64,000 nt of DNA, from assembly GCA_016788905.1 (NCBI GenBank), contig JAEURZ010000002.1, forward strand, positions 95,383 to 159,382. Direction: 5' to 3'. Position numbers and translations under genes: made by a program. This DNA is from Elusimicrobiota bacterium (GTDB taxonomy: Bacteria > Elusimicrobiota > Elusimicrobia > FEN-1173). A model generated the notes under the pieces. It searched no databases. It was given only the letters and a program-made list of their open reading frames with translations, and was not told the origin of the DNA. This document shows, piece after piece, positions 46,528 through 57,417 of this stretch. The stretch's first letter is position 1; every line of letters begins with the position of its first letter.

Positions 46528-47616
46528 TTACTGGGGGGTGACCGACACAGGGGAGCTGGTGCCCACGGCTTCCCAGACGTCCCGCGCGCTCACCCGAATA
46601 TGAAACGGACCGACGGGAAGAAACGCGGGGGATACAGTGAAAATGTAGGGCGCCCCGCGGAGCGAACGTCCTCTCCGTGTCCATTGCCGCCCATCCGGCG
46701 AAATTTCAAGCCACGCCGATTCAATATTCGTTCCTTTTACCGCAGCCCGTACCACGAGATTTTTTCCGTTCCAAAACCCTTCCGAAGAAGCGGGAAGATT
46801 TACCTGAGGCCGAACCGACCGAGCGGGTACAAGCTTAAGCGCCACCGCCGGGGTGTAAGACACGGCGGGGAATTGGAAAGCCGCGGTGCTGGTCCGGGGC
46901 GGCTGGCCCTCGGATTTATCGCGCCACCAGGCAATCCGTTGGTCTTCCACCCGAGCCCCCGCCAAAACCGGGGAATGTTCTTCCCCTTTCAACGCTTCGC
47001 TCGGGGAATAGATGACCACGATATTGGGAACATCGGTGGAGAGAGAGGACAAAGGAATTTCGGTCCAAAACCAGCGCGCCTCACCCACGCCTTCTAAAGG
47101 CTGGCGGGGATGGCCGGCCAAGGGAATCTCCTCGGTGCGCACCAGGGGGTAACGCCGATGAGGAAGACAGGGAAAAGTCTGGGTCACCGCGGCAAAAATT
47201 TCACCGGGAATTACACGCTGGTCCCAGTCGGGACGACCCGGTTTTCGCTCTGTTTTCATGCCCCCCAACTTGGCTCCCACAAACGCCCGGTTCCATGAAC
47301 CCATGGGGACAGGGGGAAGAAGAACCACCCAACTGCGGCTGAATCCTACCGAAAATCCAAATGTTTCCCCCCCATCGGCAAGGAACGGGTAATCGTTCGG
47401 ATTTGGCTGAGCGCCCAAATAAAGGGGAAACTCCGGAAAGGAAAGAGCCTCCTCAGGTAGAGGGGGTGGCTTGGATGGAATAGAAACAGGACGAGGTTTC
47501 TCCCCAGAGGGGGAGACCATCGGCCGCGCCGGAGGGACGGGCAGGCCCGGTTTATTCGTGGGAAGCGTAACGCATGCCCCCATCAAGAGAGGAAGGACAA
47601 GAAGGAAACGGTTCAT
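46528..47616 (-). CDS. lipoprotein of unknown function
   Basis: MNRFLLVLPLLMGAC lipobox; 362 aa. Confidence 0.5.
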   Translation of the reverse strand: MNRFLLVLPLLMGACVTLPTNKPGLPVPPARPMVSPSGEKPRPVSIPSKPPPLPEEALSFPEFPLYLGAQPNPNDYPFLADGGETFGFSVGFSRSWVVLLPPVPMGSWNRAFVGAKLGGMKTERKPGRPDWDQRVIPGEIFAAVTQTFPCLPHRRYPLVRTEEIPLAGHPRQPLEGVGEARWFWTEIPLSSLSTDVPNIVVIYSPSEALKGEEHSPVLAGARVEDQRIAWWRDKSEGQPPRTSTAAFQFPAVSYTPAVALKLVPARSVRPQVNLPASSEGFWNGKNLVVRAAVKGTNIESAWLEISPDGRQWTRRGRSLRGAPYIFTVSPAFLPVGPFHIRVSARDVWEAVGTSSPVSVTPQ

Positions 47617-48494
47617 TTATGTGGACGGAGAGTTTTAAGTTGTTGAACGATGACATCCAAATCATCGATCGAGTAGAAATCGAGTCTCAACCAACCCTTA
47701 GTTTTTCCCCGGGAGTTGATGACCACGCGCCGCCCCAGAAGGCGTTGCAAGTCTTCCTCGATATGGCGAACATCGGGGTTCTTTTTGGGTGGGACCTTCA
47801 AAGGTTCTTCCGGGGATCCGTGGGTCCAGGCCGCCACAAGGGATTCCACTTCCCTCACCGTCAACTTTTCTTGCACCACCCGCTTGCCCAGCTCTTCCTG
47901 TTGGGCTCGATTGGAAATCCCCAACAACGCCCGGGCGTGACCTTCGGAAAGGAGGTCCTCGATCAGCGCGTTCCGAAGCATTTGGGAAAGATCCAATAAG
48001 CGAAGTTTGTTCGCCACCGCTGACCGGCTTTTCCCCAACCGACGTGCCACCTCTTCTTGGGTCAACCCCGCTTCGTCCATCAGACGGCGAACAGATTCGG
48101 CTTCTTCAACCGGATTGAGATCTTCCCGCTGAAGGTTTTCCACCAACGAAAGTTCGTGTCGCTCTCGTTCCGTAACCACTCGAATCACGCAGGGGACATC
48201 CACCAATCCGGCCATACGCGACGCACGCAAACGCCTTTCCCCAGCCACCAATTCGAATTCTCCCGGAACCGCCGAGGGAGCCACCAGAAGAGGCTGGGCC
48301 AGTCCATGAATTTGAATGGAGTCGGCCAATTCCTGCAGAGATTCCACCGTAAAACGAACGCGAGGCTGATATCGATTCGGCCGAATTTTATCGATTGAAA
48401 TTTTGGCGACCAATCCTTCCGTCGCCGGACCCGTGTTGCCAGGGGCCGGTTTTAACAGAGCTTCCAGCCCGCGTCCCAACGCTTTGTGCACCAT
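47613..48494 (-). CDS. parB: chromosome partitioning protein ParB/Spo0J
   Basis: ParB box GERRLRAS, HTH LTQEEVARRLGKSRSAV. Confidence 0.9.
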   Translation of the reverse strand: MVHKALGRGLEALLKPAPGNTGPATEGLVAKISIDKIRPNRYQPRVRFTVESLQELADSIQIHGLAQPLLVAPSAVPGEFELVAGERRLRASRMAGLVDVPCVIRVVTERERHELSLVENLQREDLNPVEEAESVRRLMDEAGLTQEEVARRLGKSRSAVANKLRLLDLSQMLRNALIEDLLSEGHARALLGISNRAQQEELGKRVVQEKLTVREVESLVAAWTHGSPEEPLKVPPKKNPDVRHIEEDLQRLLGRRVVINSRGKTKGWLRLDFYSIDDLDVIVQQLKTLRPHK

Positions 48495-48506
48495 TCCAGT
48501 CTCCTT

Positions 48507-49316
48507 TTAAGAAGCAACCACCTGAGGTTCCGTCTTGGGCAGATGGGGCAATTCCCCACGACGTTCTAAAAACTCCCGCGCGAGGGTCAGGTAGGCCCCG
48601 GCTCCCGACGAATGGCGATCATACACGAGCGCCGGCATCCCATGGCTGGGCGCCTCGGCCAAGCGCACGTTGCGTGGGATCACCGTCCCGTAAAGTTTGG
48701 TGCCAAAAAACTTTTTGATCTCGGCGTAAACCTGCTGGGTAAGAGTCGCCCGGCCATCAAACATCGTCACCAAAACCCCCTCCAATTCCAACCGGGGATT
48801 CAAGCCCGCGCGAACCCGATCGATGGTGTTCACAAGCATGGAGAGGCCTTCCAAAGCGTAGTATTCACAAGGCATGGGAATCAAAACAGCGTCCGAAGCC
48901 ACCAGCGCGTTGATGGTGAGAAGGTTTAACGCCGGGGGACAATCAATAAAAATGTATTTGTACACCTTGTGAAATTTTTTGAGGGCCGCTTGCAAACGAC
49001 ATTCTCGATCTTCCATGTTCACCAGTTCCAGTTCGGAGCCGTAGAGATCCATGTGGGACGGTGCCACATCCAACCATTCCACCCCGCTCTCTTTTAAAAT
49101 ATCCTCCATGGGAGTCCCTTCAAGAAGGACATGGAGAATATGCTTGTCCACAACGCCCCGCTGAAGACCAAGGCCCGAGGTCAGGTTGGCCTGGGCATCC
49201 ATATCAATTAATAGAGTTTCCTGCCCCAAATGGGCCAAAGACGCGGCCAGATTGATGGCCGTGGTGGTTTTCCCCACACCGCCCTTTTGGTTCGCGATAG
49301 AAATAACCCGCGCCAT
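48507..49316 (-). CDS. parA: chromosome partitioning ATPase ParA/Soj
   Basis: Deviant Walker A KGGVGKTTT; 269 aa. Confidence 0.9.
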   Translation of the reverse strand: MARVISIANQKGGVGKTTTAINLAASLAHLGQETLLIDMDAQANLTSGLGLQRGVVDKHILHVLLEGTPMEDILKESGVEWLDVAPSHMDLYGSELELVNMEDRECRLQAALKKFHKVYKYIFIDCPPALNLLTINALVASDAVLIPMPCEYYALEGLSMLVNTIDRVRAGLNPRLELEGVLVTMFDGRATLTQQVYAEIKKFFGTKLYGTVIPRNVRLAEAPSHGMPALVYDRHSSGAGAYLTLAREFLERRGELPHLPKTEPQVVAS

Positions 49317-49648
49317 TAGTCCAGATCCATATCGCGGACCGGGCGAGCCCCATCGGGCTCGTCCTGGGCCTTGCGCAAAAGGTCTTCAAAGGATTTTTTC
49401 AATCGGTCCGCCTTCGTTTTCTCAGATTCCAAAGATTGGGCGAAAAGGTTTTCCCGACGTTCGGGATCCTTTTTCAGTAACTGAACCGCCTCGTCCATAT
49501 CTTCCACCGGTTTCGGTTTGTGGGGCTCTTTATGGCCCACCACCGCCCGCGCGTCGGGACTAATGGTCAGGGCCGCGTGACAGTGTGGACAGGTCACATC
49601 AAAAGCAGAGGAGGACATGGGATGGATTATACCAAAGTCCACCTCCAA
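49316..49648 (-). CDS. zinc-ribbon-like small protein
   Basis: CPHC pair near N-term, charged helical tail; overlaps parA start. Confidence 0.45.
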   Translation of the reverse strand: MEVDFGIIHPMSSSAFDVTCPHCHAALTISPDARAVVGHKEPHKPKPVEDMDEAVQLLKKDPERRENLFAQSLESEKTKADRLKKSFEDLLRKAQDEPDGARPVRDMDLD

Positions 49649-49664
49649 GACAGCGATCGACGTA

Positions 49665-50414
49665 TTATTCTTCTAGCTGAAAATCAATGGGAAGACTGAT
49701 TTTAACGGCCACCGCGCGGTCCCCAGCGCGAGCCGGTGAAAACGCCGCCAGGGAAAGAACTTTTTTCGCCGCTTCATCAAAAAGAACGCCGGCCGAGGTT
49801 CCAATGTCCACTCCCGATACCCCACCGTTCTTATTCAAATGGATATGGGCCACCACCCGCCCTTCACGCCCCGCTCGCCATTCTGCCTCCGGGTAAAATC
49901 GGCGAATATTTTTTACCAACTCCGCTCGATTTAATAACCGCGGGTGTTCCGTCAAGTACACCCAGTCCACTTCCCCCTCGCCCCCTGTTCCAAGACCACC
50001 CAATCCCTGACTCTCGCCCTCAACCGTTCCGGTGCCCGTGGAAGGGGCGGTGGATTTTGAGAGCGGATTTCCAAAATCGGTGGGCTGTTCAAGAATCTTT
50101 GTAGCGGGCGTTGGAAGTGTCCAATCCGTCCCCTTCATCGCCACGCCTCCCCCAGCTTTAAACGGACCGGGGGTCGGTTTTTCCACGCGCGGCGCGCCTG
50201 TCCCGGGGTTCGGGGACTTAAACGCCTTGCGCGGATCCGACGTCAGTCGATAGGGCCGCGTGAGGTCCACTTCAATCAGGTCGGGTTTGGCCCAAGAAAG
50301 GTTAAAATCCATGCCCCCGGTTCGATGAACGAGCGCCCAAAACAGGACCCCGTGAACCAGAAGGGAAATTTCTATTCCTAACCGAAAAGGCGGTGCCTGA
50401 CGTCTGTTTCCCAC
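49665..50414 (-). CDS. tonB: TonB/TolA-like energy transducer (TonB C-terminal domain)
   Basis: N-terminal TM, Pro-rich linker, TonB_C-like end. Confidence 0.65.
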   Translation of the reverse strand: MGNRRQAPPFRLGIEISLLVHGVLFWALVHRTGGMDFNLSWAKPDLIEVDLTRPYRLTSDPRKAFKSPNPGTGAPRVEKPTPGPFKAGGGVAMKGTDWTLPTPATKILEQPTDFGNPLSKSTAPSTGTGTVEGESQGLGGLGTGGEGEVDWVYLTEHPRLLNRAELVKNIRRFYPEAEWRAGREGRVVAHIHLNKNGGVSGVDIGTSAGVLFDEAAKKVLSLAAFSPARAGDRAVAVKISLPIDFQLEE

Positions 50415-50517
50415 AGGACCCTCTCCTCACAAAAACGATTCAATGATCTCCGAACCTCCACGCACGAAAAACCTTTTTTCGCTCAACCCGCCGCCGACGC
50501 CCAACCGACTCTCTCGG

Positions 50518-50931
50518 CTAACGCGCCCGCGCTTTCGGACGAACCTCGAGAGCCACTCGTTTGACACCGGAAGTGCGAATCGTGTCCAACAATTCCACGA
50601 CCGCGCCGTAGGGCAACCCTTCCTCCGCGGCAACCGTCAGGCGGAGTTCCGGTTCATGGGCTTGCCGTTTTTTTAACTCTTGCAACAAACCGGCGAGGTC
50701 AAACAGGGAGGATTCCAACCGGATTTTCTGGTCCGCGGTGAGCGTGACCTGGAGAGAAGAGGAGGCCCGTTCCCCCGTGGCCGCGCGGGGCACATGAACG
50801 GTCAGCGCCCGCTTAGCGATCAAGGGCGCTGTCGCCATAAAAATAATCAGCAGAACCAACACCACGTCCACGAGCGGCGTCACGTTAATGCCCGTGATTA
50901 ACCCCTCCGGGTTTTCTTCTGAGGCCGCCAC
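50518..50931 (-). CDS. exbD: ExbD/TolR biopolymer transport protein
   Basis: NVTPLVDVVLVLLIIFM motif. Confidence 0.8.
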   Translation of the reverse strand: MAASEENPEGLITGINVTPLVDVVLVLLIIFMATAPLIAKRALTVHVPRAATGERASSSLQVTLTADQKIRLESSLFDLAGLLQELKKRQAHEPELRLTVAAEEGLPYGAVVELLDTIRTSGVKRVALEVRPKARAR

Positions 50932-50945
50932 GAACTAAGAACCGC

Positions 50946-51602
50946 TCATGGGCGAACTTCTTTAAGCGCGGCCATGAGACGGCGGGTGAGCGCATCGGTT
51001 TCAGCCAACAGTTCCCCAGCCCGTTTCATGAGATAGTTGTACGCCATCACCGCCGGAATGGCCACCAAGAGCCCTACGGCGGTCGCGATCAACGCTTCCG
51101 AGAGCCCCGCCATCACCACTTCCGGCCCCGCAGAAGCGGATCCCGCCAAGTCGGCAAACGCCTTGATCACCCCCAACACCGTTCCGAAGAGTCCGACAAA
51201 AGGCGCGTTATTCCCCAAGGTTCCCAACACCCAGAGCCGTCGTTCCAGCACATATTTCCCCTCAATTCTCGCCGCCATCAATCGTTCTTCCACCGCCGCC
51301 GGCCCCGCTTCGGGCCGAGAGAGGCCCGCCCGTAAAATTCGCGCCACCACACCCTCCGCTTTTTCCACGGACACCGCCGCCTGGGAAATATCCCCTTGAT
51401 TTAAGAGCGCGGCCGTTTTGTCCTTAAACAACAAAAAGGCCCGGCGTTCTCGCCCCTGAACAAGAACCCGTTCCACAATTACCGCCACCGTTAAGACAGA
51501 CGCCAATAGCAAGAGGTGAATGACCCACCCGCCCCCACTCCCCACCAAGGGCTGCCATACTGTAAAATCCGTCATCGGGACATCCTTAACACCGCCAGAC
51601 AA
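50946..51602 (-). CDS. exbB: ExbB/TolQ proton channel
   Basis: 3 TM, MotA/TolQ/ExbB signature GLSEALIATAVGLLVAIPAV. Confidence 0.8.
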   Translation of the reverse strand: MSGGVKDVPMTDFTVWQPLVGSGGGWVIHLLLLASVLTVAVIVERVLVQGRERRAFLLFKDKTAALLNQGDISQAAVSVEKAEGVVARILRAGLSRPEAGPAAVEERLMAARIEGKYVLERRLWVLGTLGNNAPFVGLFGTVLGVIKAFADLAGSASAGPEVVMAGLSEALIATAVGLLVAIPAVMAYNYLMKRAGELLAETDALTRRLMAALKEVRP

Positions 51603-53188
51603 TTTTCCGCCACCACATGGTTCTCCTGTTCTTGGGTAAGATTAATTAGGAACCGTTCAAAATCCGCATCGTCTCCCAATTGCCCAAGGAAGTAAGTCGC
51701 CAGGGAACGGATAACCCAGTCGGGATCCGTGAGGTAACGACGAAGGAGATCCACCCCCTGGGCGTCGCCCCGCCGCCCCAAAGCCTGTGCCGCAAAAAGG
51801 CGCACAACCAGAGACGTGTCCGTTTGGGCCGCCCCCGCCAACATTCCGCGCGCCATGGGGTTGGTTTGGGCCGCCAACCCTTCCACCACCCCGAAACGAA
51901 CTTGAAGGCTTCTGTCTTGAAGAGATCGCTCAAAGAGACTGAGATCGATCCGGGAGACATCATGCCCCAACGCCACGAAAGCAGATCCGCGCACCGGCGT
52001 ATTGGGACTGGACCGAGCTATCGTCTCCAACCGGTTCACCAGTGTTAAGTTGCTCGTCCCCGCCAACCCTTCGGTTAAGAGGAAACTAATATCCGTATAT
52101 CGCACGTAAAGCCCGAACCCCTGAGGAGTCACCAACTTCTTAATCTCAACCAAAACAGGGTCAAGCAACACTTCTTCCGGAAGAGGTTCGGTGGCGATCT
52201 TTTCCAAAAGGTTCACGAGTTCGTTATCAATCTGAGCCGGCACCAGTTGCGAACCGGACACACGAAGCCGCGGGGCCGTCACCACCAGGGGTTCCAACTC
52301 AAAAAGACTACTGACTTTTGCGGGAGCGCGAGGGGAATTTATCGGCGGAGGAGACTCTTGTTTCGGAAGGATCGGGCCACGGCGGGTCCAAAGTTTTAGT
52401 CCCGAGAGACAGATTTCCGCCAACACATAAGGGTGGTCACGCTCGCGACCCATGCGATCGAGAAGAAGATCCAAATCATTGGGCTCTCCCAAATCTCCCA
52501 GGTACCGGGCCGCCATAGCTCGCATCAACCAATCTTTGTCCAGAAGAAACTTTTTCAATTGCGCCCGTCCCTGGGGAGCTCCCAGACGCAACGACATTTG
52601 TGCCGCAAAAACCCGGATCAAGGGGGACCAATTCCGTTCGGACGCGTCGAGCAGCAACGGCAACGCTTCCGGCAACCCCCAGGCCCCCAAAGCCTCCACC
52701 GCCGCAAATTGGACCGCCACATCTCGGTCCAACAAGGCTTCTTTAAAGATTTTGAGATGATCTGGGTTTTTGCGAGCGGCTAAAACGAGGAGACTTTCCG
52801 ATCGGGCCCGCCGTCCGGATTCAAATCGCGCCGTTTCCAATAAACGGCCAAACAACTGCTGGTCCTGGGACAACGAAAGTCCCTGGGCCACCGGAACTCC
52901 AATTTCCAAAAAACGGTATTTGATCCGGTACCCTTCCGGCGTCGTGAGTTTCAAAATATCTTTTAAGGCCGTGTCATTGTAATCGTCCGGATTAATCGTC
53001 TGAAGACGCCGATCGTCCACCAACTGAACCAACCGCGGAACAGCGGCCGACTCCGCTCGGAGGTTCATGCTCTCCCGGACCTCTTCGGAAGACGGTCGAG
53101 GGGAAACCGCCAACGCCGGCCCCACGCACCCGGAAAGGAAGAAACTCCCCGCCACTCCAATAAAAGAAATCTTCCGATTGGATCCCAT
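51572..53188 (-). CDS. HEAT/PBS-lyase repeat lipoprotein
   Basis: Lipobox FLSGC; repeated EALG..G..EALP.LL..L.D motifs. Confidence 0.7.
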   Translation of the reverse strand: MGSNRKISFIGVAGSFFLSGCVGPALAVSPRPSSEEVRESMNLRAESAAVPRLVQLVDDRRLQTINPDDYNDTALKDILKLTTPEGYRIKYRFLEIGVPVAQGLSLSQDQQLFGRLLETARFESGRRARSESLLVLAARKNPDHLKIFKEALLDRDVAVQFAAVEALGAWGLPEALPLLLDASERNWSPLIRVFAAQMSLRLGAPQGRAQLKKFLLDKDWLMRAMAARYLGDLGEPNDLDLLLDRMGRERDHPYVLAEICLSGLKLWTRRGPILPKQESPPPINSPRAPAKVSSLFELEPLVVTAPRLRVSGSQLVPAQIDNELVNLLEKIATEPLPEEVLLDPVLVEIKKLVTPQGFGLYVRYTDISFLLTEGLAGTSNLTLVNRLETIARSSPNTPVRGSAFVALGHDVSRIDLSLFERSLQDRSLQVRFGVVEGLAAQTNPMARGMLAGAAQTDTSLVVRLFAAQALGRRGDAQGVDLLRRYLTDPDWVIRSLATYFLGQLGDDADFERFLINLTQEQENHVVAENCLAVLRMSR

Positions 53189-53232
53189 GAAAACTCTCCT
53201 CCAAACCAGAACCACAAATCAAGACCAACCAA

Positions 53233-53305
53233 AAATAAAATCAGCCGAGGATGGGAATCAAACCCACAACCTCCCGCTTACAAGGCGGGTGCTCTATCGA
53301 TTGAG
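53233..53305 (-). tRNA. tRNA-Thr (anticodon UGU)
   Basis: Cloverleaf folded by eye: acceptor GCCGAGG/CCTCGGC, D-arm GCTC..GAGC, anticodon loop CTTGTAA, T-arm GTGGG-TTTGATT-CCCAT; no encoded CCA. Confidence 0.85.
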
Positions 53306-53390
53306 CTACCTCGGCAAAAACAAGCGTCTGTCCCAACGCGCCCTGACCGCTTTCTCCTATCGAAACATGAACACGAACAAATTTTTTTCC

Positions 53391-54089
53391 TTACCCAGGG
53401 GAATGCGGGTGAGGGGGATGGCTCCGCTGAAGGTATTTGACAAACCACTCGGAGATCACACGGGAAACCTCTTCTAGGGCTCCTGGCTCAGGGAACAGGT
53501 GAGTGGCCCCAGAGACAATGTGCAAGGAATAATCTCCAGACAAATGATTCACGGCTACTTTGTTCCAACCCAAAACGGGCTCGTCTTTTTCACCCACAAT
53601 AAAAAGCGACGGAGCCACCACATGTCGAAGTTGTTCAGTCACCAGATCCGGTCTGCCTCCACGCGAGACAACCGCCTGAACTTCTAGAGGTCTCTCGGCC
53701 GCTGCGAAAAGCCCTGCCGCGGCCCCCGTGCTGGCCCCCAGTAGTCCAATACCCAAATCTCTTGTGAGCGGAGACAACGCGGCCCAATCCATGGCCGCAA
53801 GGAGACGGCCGGCCAAAAACGGGATATCAAAACCCAAATGACCACGCCACTGATTCTCGGCGTCTTCAGGTGGAGTGAGAAGGTCAAAGAGCAAAGTGGC
53901 CACTCCAACACCGGTCAGGACATTGGAAATTTTTCGGCTCCGCGGACTGTGGCGACTGCTTCCCGGCCCATGAACAAAAAGGACCAGCCCCCCAGGAGAA
54001 TCTGGCAAAAAAAGATCCCCATGCAAGGTCGCGTCGGAAGCAACAATTTCAACTAAACGGTCGGCCGTGTGACGACTGAACGGGCTCAC
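53391..54089 (-). CDS. alpha/beta hydrolase (dienelactone hydrolase/esterase-like)
   Basis: GxSxG-type nucleophile elbow (LGASTGAAA), Asp and His downstream. Confidence 0.6.
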   Translation of the reverse strand: MSPFSRHTADRLVEIVASDATLHGDLFLPDSPGGLVLFVHGPGSSRHSPRSRKISNVLTGVGVATLLFDLLTPPEDAENQWRGHLGFDIPFLAGRLLAAMDWAALSPLTRDLGIGLLGASTGAAAGLFAAAERPLEVQAVVSRGGRPDLVTEQLRHVVAPSLFIVGEKDEPVLGWNKVAVNHLSGDYSLHIVSGATHLFPEPGALEEVSRVISEWFVKYLQRSHPPHPHSPG

Positions 54090-54130
54090 AATAACCCCAT
54101 TCTATAAAAATCCGCTACCCGCGGGCCGGA

Positions 54131-55066
54131 TCATTTCCCTCGGCCTTTTTGAGAAAGGGAACGGACCACCTCCACCGCACAAGACGCTCGAACGGCAACC
54201 GCCGAAGACACACTTCCCAACAAAACCCGTTCCCATAGGGTAAGACCGCGCGCGCCCATGAAAATAACGTCGGCTTTCCATCGGACAGACTGATCAACGA
54301 GAACTTTTTTAGGATCTCCTTCTCGCACACGCCCCGTCGCCAATAACCCCCGCGCGATCAGTCTTCGCTCCACGGACTCCACAAGTCGGCCCAGCCAGGA
54401 GCGAGGATCAGCGTCATCCGGCTTGGCCCACCGTTTCAGCGCGGGGACAGAAACAGGCGCGTGCCTCAACCGATCGTCAGCCACGGCGACCACCCGGACC
54501 AGGGTTGAGGCCGGCCAATTCCGATCCAACACCTGAACCACCGCCCGCTCGGCGTCAGATGAACCGTCCACCGCCAACAAGATGCGGTAAGGCCCTTTGC
54601 CCGCTGTGCGCTCCCGCCCCACGCGGACAGAAGTCTGACAATCCGTCAACACTTTATGAGAGACACTGCCCAAAGCCCAACGGGCCAAACGGGACTTCTC
54701 TCGGGATCCCACCACCACCAAATCCGCTCCACCATCCCGAGCTTTTTTAAAAATCGCCCAAGCGGGCGAATCGGCCACCGATTCCGCGGTCACGCGCCAG
54801 CCGGGCAAAGCGGCACGCACGAAACCCGCCCCCCGGCGCGCCGTCTCACCAGCCGAAACCAAAAGCGCCTGAGCCCGTTCGCGCGCCTGGGCCACATAGG
54901 GAATGGCTCGAAGAACTTGCGGTGAAGGTTTTTCTACTGCCGAAGGCCACACATCCGCCACCGTAAAAACCGTTGCGTCGCCCTTCGCCGGCAACCCCGC
55001 GCGAGACAAATCCGCGATAGCCGCGTCGCCGGCGGCGGAGCCCTCATACCCCACTAAAATTTTCAT
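54131..55066 (-). CDS. tandem universal stress protein (UspA family)
   Basis: Two Usp domains each starting ILVGYEGS / ILLAVDGS; start taken at MKILVGY. Confidence 0.7.
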   Translation of the reverse strand: MKILVGYEGSAAGDAAIADLSRAGLPAKGDATVFTVADVWPSAVEKPSPQVLRAIPYVAQARERAQALLVSAGETARRGAGFVRAALPGWRVTAESVADSPAWAIFKKARDGGADLVVVGSREKSRLARWALGSVSHKVLTDCQTSVRVGRERTAGKGPYRILLAVDGSSDAERAVVQVLDRNWPASTLVRVVAVADDRLRHAPVSVPALKRWAKPDDADPRSWLGRLVESVERRLIARGLLATGRVREGDPKKVLVDQSVRWKADVIFMGARGLTLWERVLLGSVSSAVAVRASCAVEVVRSLSQKGRGK

Positions 55067-55076
55067 GCCGACCTCC

Positions 55077-56144
55077 TCAGCAAATCCGTGGTAAAAGTTC
55101 GCCCGAAAGCATATCCAATAAACGTTCCCCACCCAAGAGAGGACGAACCGTCACCCGTCCCGAAGGCCCCGGCAGAACGTGGCCAACCGCACAAACCTCG
55201 GGGGAGAAAGGACGAACAGCGTCCAAAACCCGATTGACGTCTTTTTCAGGAACGTAAACGATAAACCGCCCTTCGTTAGCCACCGCCAGAGGGTCCAGAC
55301 CCAAAACTTCACAAGCCGCCCGAACCGGTGGAGAAACCGGCACCGCGGATTCCTCGAGTCGCAACGCCGTGCCGGACGACCGCGCAATTTCGTTCACCGC
55401 ACTCGTCAAACCACCCCGGGTCAAATCCCGTAACGCGTGAACCTCCACTCCCGCCAAAAGAAGCGCCTCCACCGCGGGCCAAAGATTCGCGCAGTCCGAT
55501 TCCACCGCAGACTCAAAATCCAACCCTTCCCGAGCGGCCATCACCGCAACCCCATGACGCCCCAAATCACCTGAAACCAACACCACGTCCCCCGCCGTCA
55601 CCTGAGACGGCGAAATTCTCTGAGTGGTCTCTAAAAATCCCACACCCGTAGTGGCGATGTAAAGACCGTCGGCCTGACCACGCCCCACAACTTTCGTGTC
55701 CCCCGCCACAAGACGAACCCCCGCTTCTTTGGCCGCGGCAGCCATCGATTCCGCCACCCGACGAAGAATGTCCATCGACAATCCCTCTTCCAGGATAAAC
55801 GCGGCCGTCAAATAAGAGGGCCGCGCTCCCGCCATGGCCAAATCGTTAACCGACCCGAACACCGCCAATCGGCCGATGTCCCCTCCCGAAAAAAACAACG
55901 GCCGAACCACAAACGCGTCCGTCGTTAAAACCACATGTTTCCCGCCCGGCAAAACAGCCGCGTCCGAACGCTCCCCTAAAGAAGGATCCCCAAAAATGGG
56001 GAGAAAAACTTTTTCAATAAGATCCCAACTCTTTTGTCCCCCACCACCATGGGCCAGGTGAACGAGCCCCCCATCCACCCGGGGTGTCGGGCATTGCCCG
56101 ATCACGAGACCGCCACCGGGCGATACCGAAAATAAGCCGCGCAC
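55077..56144 (-). CDS. hypE: hydrogenase maturation protein HypE
   Basis: [10 protein letters not shown]-term; C-terminal PRIC. Confidence 0.9.
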   Translation of the reverse strand: MRGLFSVSPGGGLVIGQCPTPRVDGGLVHLAHGGGGQKSWDLIEKVFLPIFGDPSLGERSDAAVLPGGKHVVLTTDAFVVRPLFFSGGDIGRLAVFGSVNDLAMAGARPSYLTAAFILEEGLSMDILRRVAESMAAAAKEAGVRLVAGDTKVVGRGQADGLYIATTGVGFLETTQRISPSQVTAGDVVLVSGDLGRHGVAVMAAREGLDFESAVESDCANLWPAVEALLLAGVEVHALRDLTRGGLTSAVNEIARSSGTALRLEESAVPVSPPVRAACEVLGLDPLAVANEGRFIVYVPEKDVNRVLDAVRPFSPEVCAVGHVLPGPSGRVTVRPLLGGERLLDMLSGELLPRIC

Positions 56145-57199
56145 GCCCCTTCAGAGGAAACCATAGGCGCCCCCAACGGGTTCTCCGGTGTGCAAACGGT
56201 ACCAAACACCGGACATTGGGCCGGCTTAATTAAACCCCGCAACACATCTCCCGCTCGACAGTCCCCCACGCTTTCCTCCACCCCCACGTGCGAAAGATCA
56301 AACCGTCGCTCCGCGTCCCACGCCGCAAAAGCATCCCGTATCCGCAACCCGCTTTCCGGGATCGTGCCAAACCCACGCCAAGGCCGGTCGGCAACTTCGA
56401 AAACCCGTTCCACCAGTTTTTGAGCCGACGCGTTTCCTCCCGGCCGCACCACCCGCGCGTATTCATTTTCCACTTCCGCCCGCCCCTCTTCCAATTGACG
56501 AACCAAAGCCAAAACCCCCTGCAAAATGTCCACCGGTTCAAACCCCGTAATCACAACGGGGATCCGGCGCCGCGCCACGAAATCCCGATAGGCAGCCTCC
56601 CCCATAATGGTGCACACATGCCCCGCGGCCAAAAATCCCTGCACCCGGTTTTCCGGCGATGCCGCAATGGCTTCCAAAGCCGGCGGCACCAACACATGCC
56701 GAGCCAAAAGGGCAAAGTTCCGAATATTTTCTTCCCGTGCCCGTGCCGCAGTAAGAGCAACAGCCGGCGCCGTGGTCTCAAAGCCAACGGCAAAAAAGAT
56801 AACAGTCTTTTCGGGATACTTTCGCGCCAACGCCAGCGCGTCCAACGGCCCATAAACCACCCGCACATCCGCACCCCTCGCGCGCGCCGACGCCAAATCT
56901 CCCCGCGTTCCCGGCACCCGAATCATGTCTCCAAAGGAAGCCAAAAGAACACCGGGCCGCTCGGCCAAATCCACAGCTTTGTCCACAGCCTCCGCGGGCG
57001 TCACGCACACAGGGCACCCCGGCCCGTGAGCCATCGTAATGAGGGAAGGCCAAAGAGAGTCCAACCCATTTTTAACAATACTGTGCGTCTGACCGCCACA
57101 GACTTCCATCAAGGTCCAGGGCCGCGTCACAGCCCGCCCGATATCGTCGGCCAACCGGCGCACAAGACCCGGATCGCGAAACTCATCTAAGAATTTCAA
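56102..57199 (-). CDS. hypD: hydrogenase maturation protein HypD
   Basis: [21 protein letters not shown] motifs. Confidence 0.9.
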   Translation of the reverse strand: MKFLDEFRDPGLVRRLADDIGRAVTRPWTLMEVCGGQTHSIVKNGLDSLWPSLITMAHGPGCPVCVTPAEAVDKAVDLAERPGVLLASFGDMIRVPGTRGDLASARARGADVRVVYGPLDALALARKYPEKTVIFFAVGFETTAPAVALTAARAREENIRNFALLARHVLVPPALEAIAASPENRVQGFLAAGHVCTIMGEAAYRDFVARRRIPVVITGFEPVDILQGVLALVRQLEEGRAEVENEYARVVRPGGNASAQKLVERVFEVADRPWRGFGTIPESGLRIRDAFAAWDAERRFDLSHVGVEESVGDCRAGDVLRGLIKPAQCPVFGTVCTPENPLGAPMVSSEGACAAYFRYRPVAVS

Positions 57200-57417
57200 T
57201 CAAGATTCTCCAAATCCACTAAAGTTTTTTGGGCTTCTTCCTCATCCACCTGGGCAATAGCAAACCCCGCGTGCACAAGCACAAAATCGTTCAACGCCGC
57301 TTCCGGAAGCGCTGCCAAACTCACCCGACGGAACACCCCGCCAAAATCGACCTTCGCTTCCCGTGCCAAATCCACGCCCACGATTTCCACCACCCGCCCC
57401 GGCACCGCTAAACACAT
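57196..57417 (-). CDS. hypC: hydrogenase maturation protein HypC
   Basis: [13 protein letters not shown]-terminus. Confidence 0.85.
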   Translation of the reverse strand: MCLAVPGRVVEIVGVDLAREAKVDFGGVFRRVSLAALPEAALNDFVLVHAGFAIAQVDEEEAQKTLVDLENLD

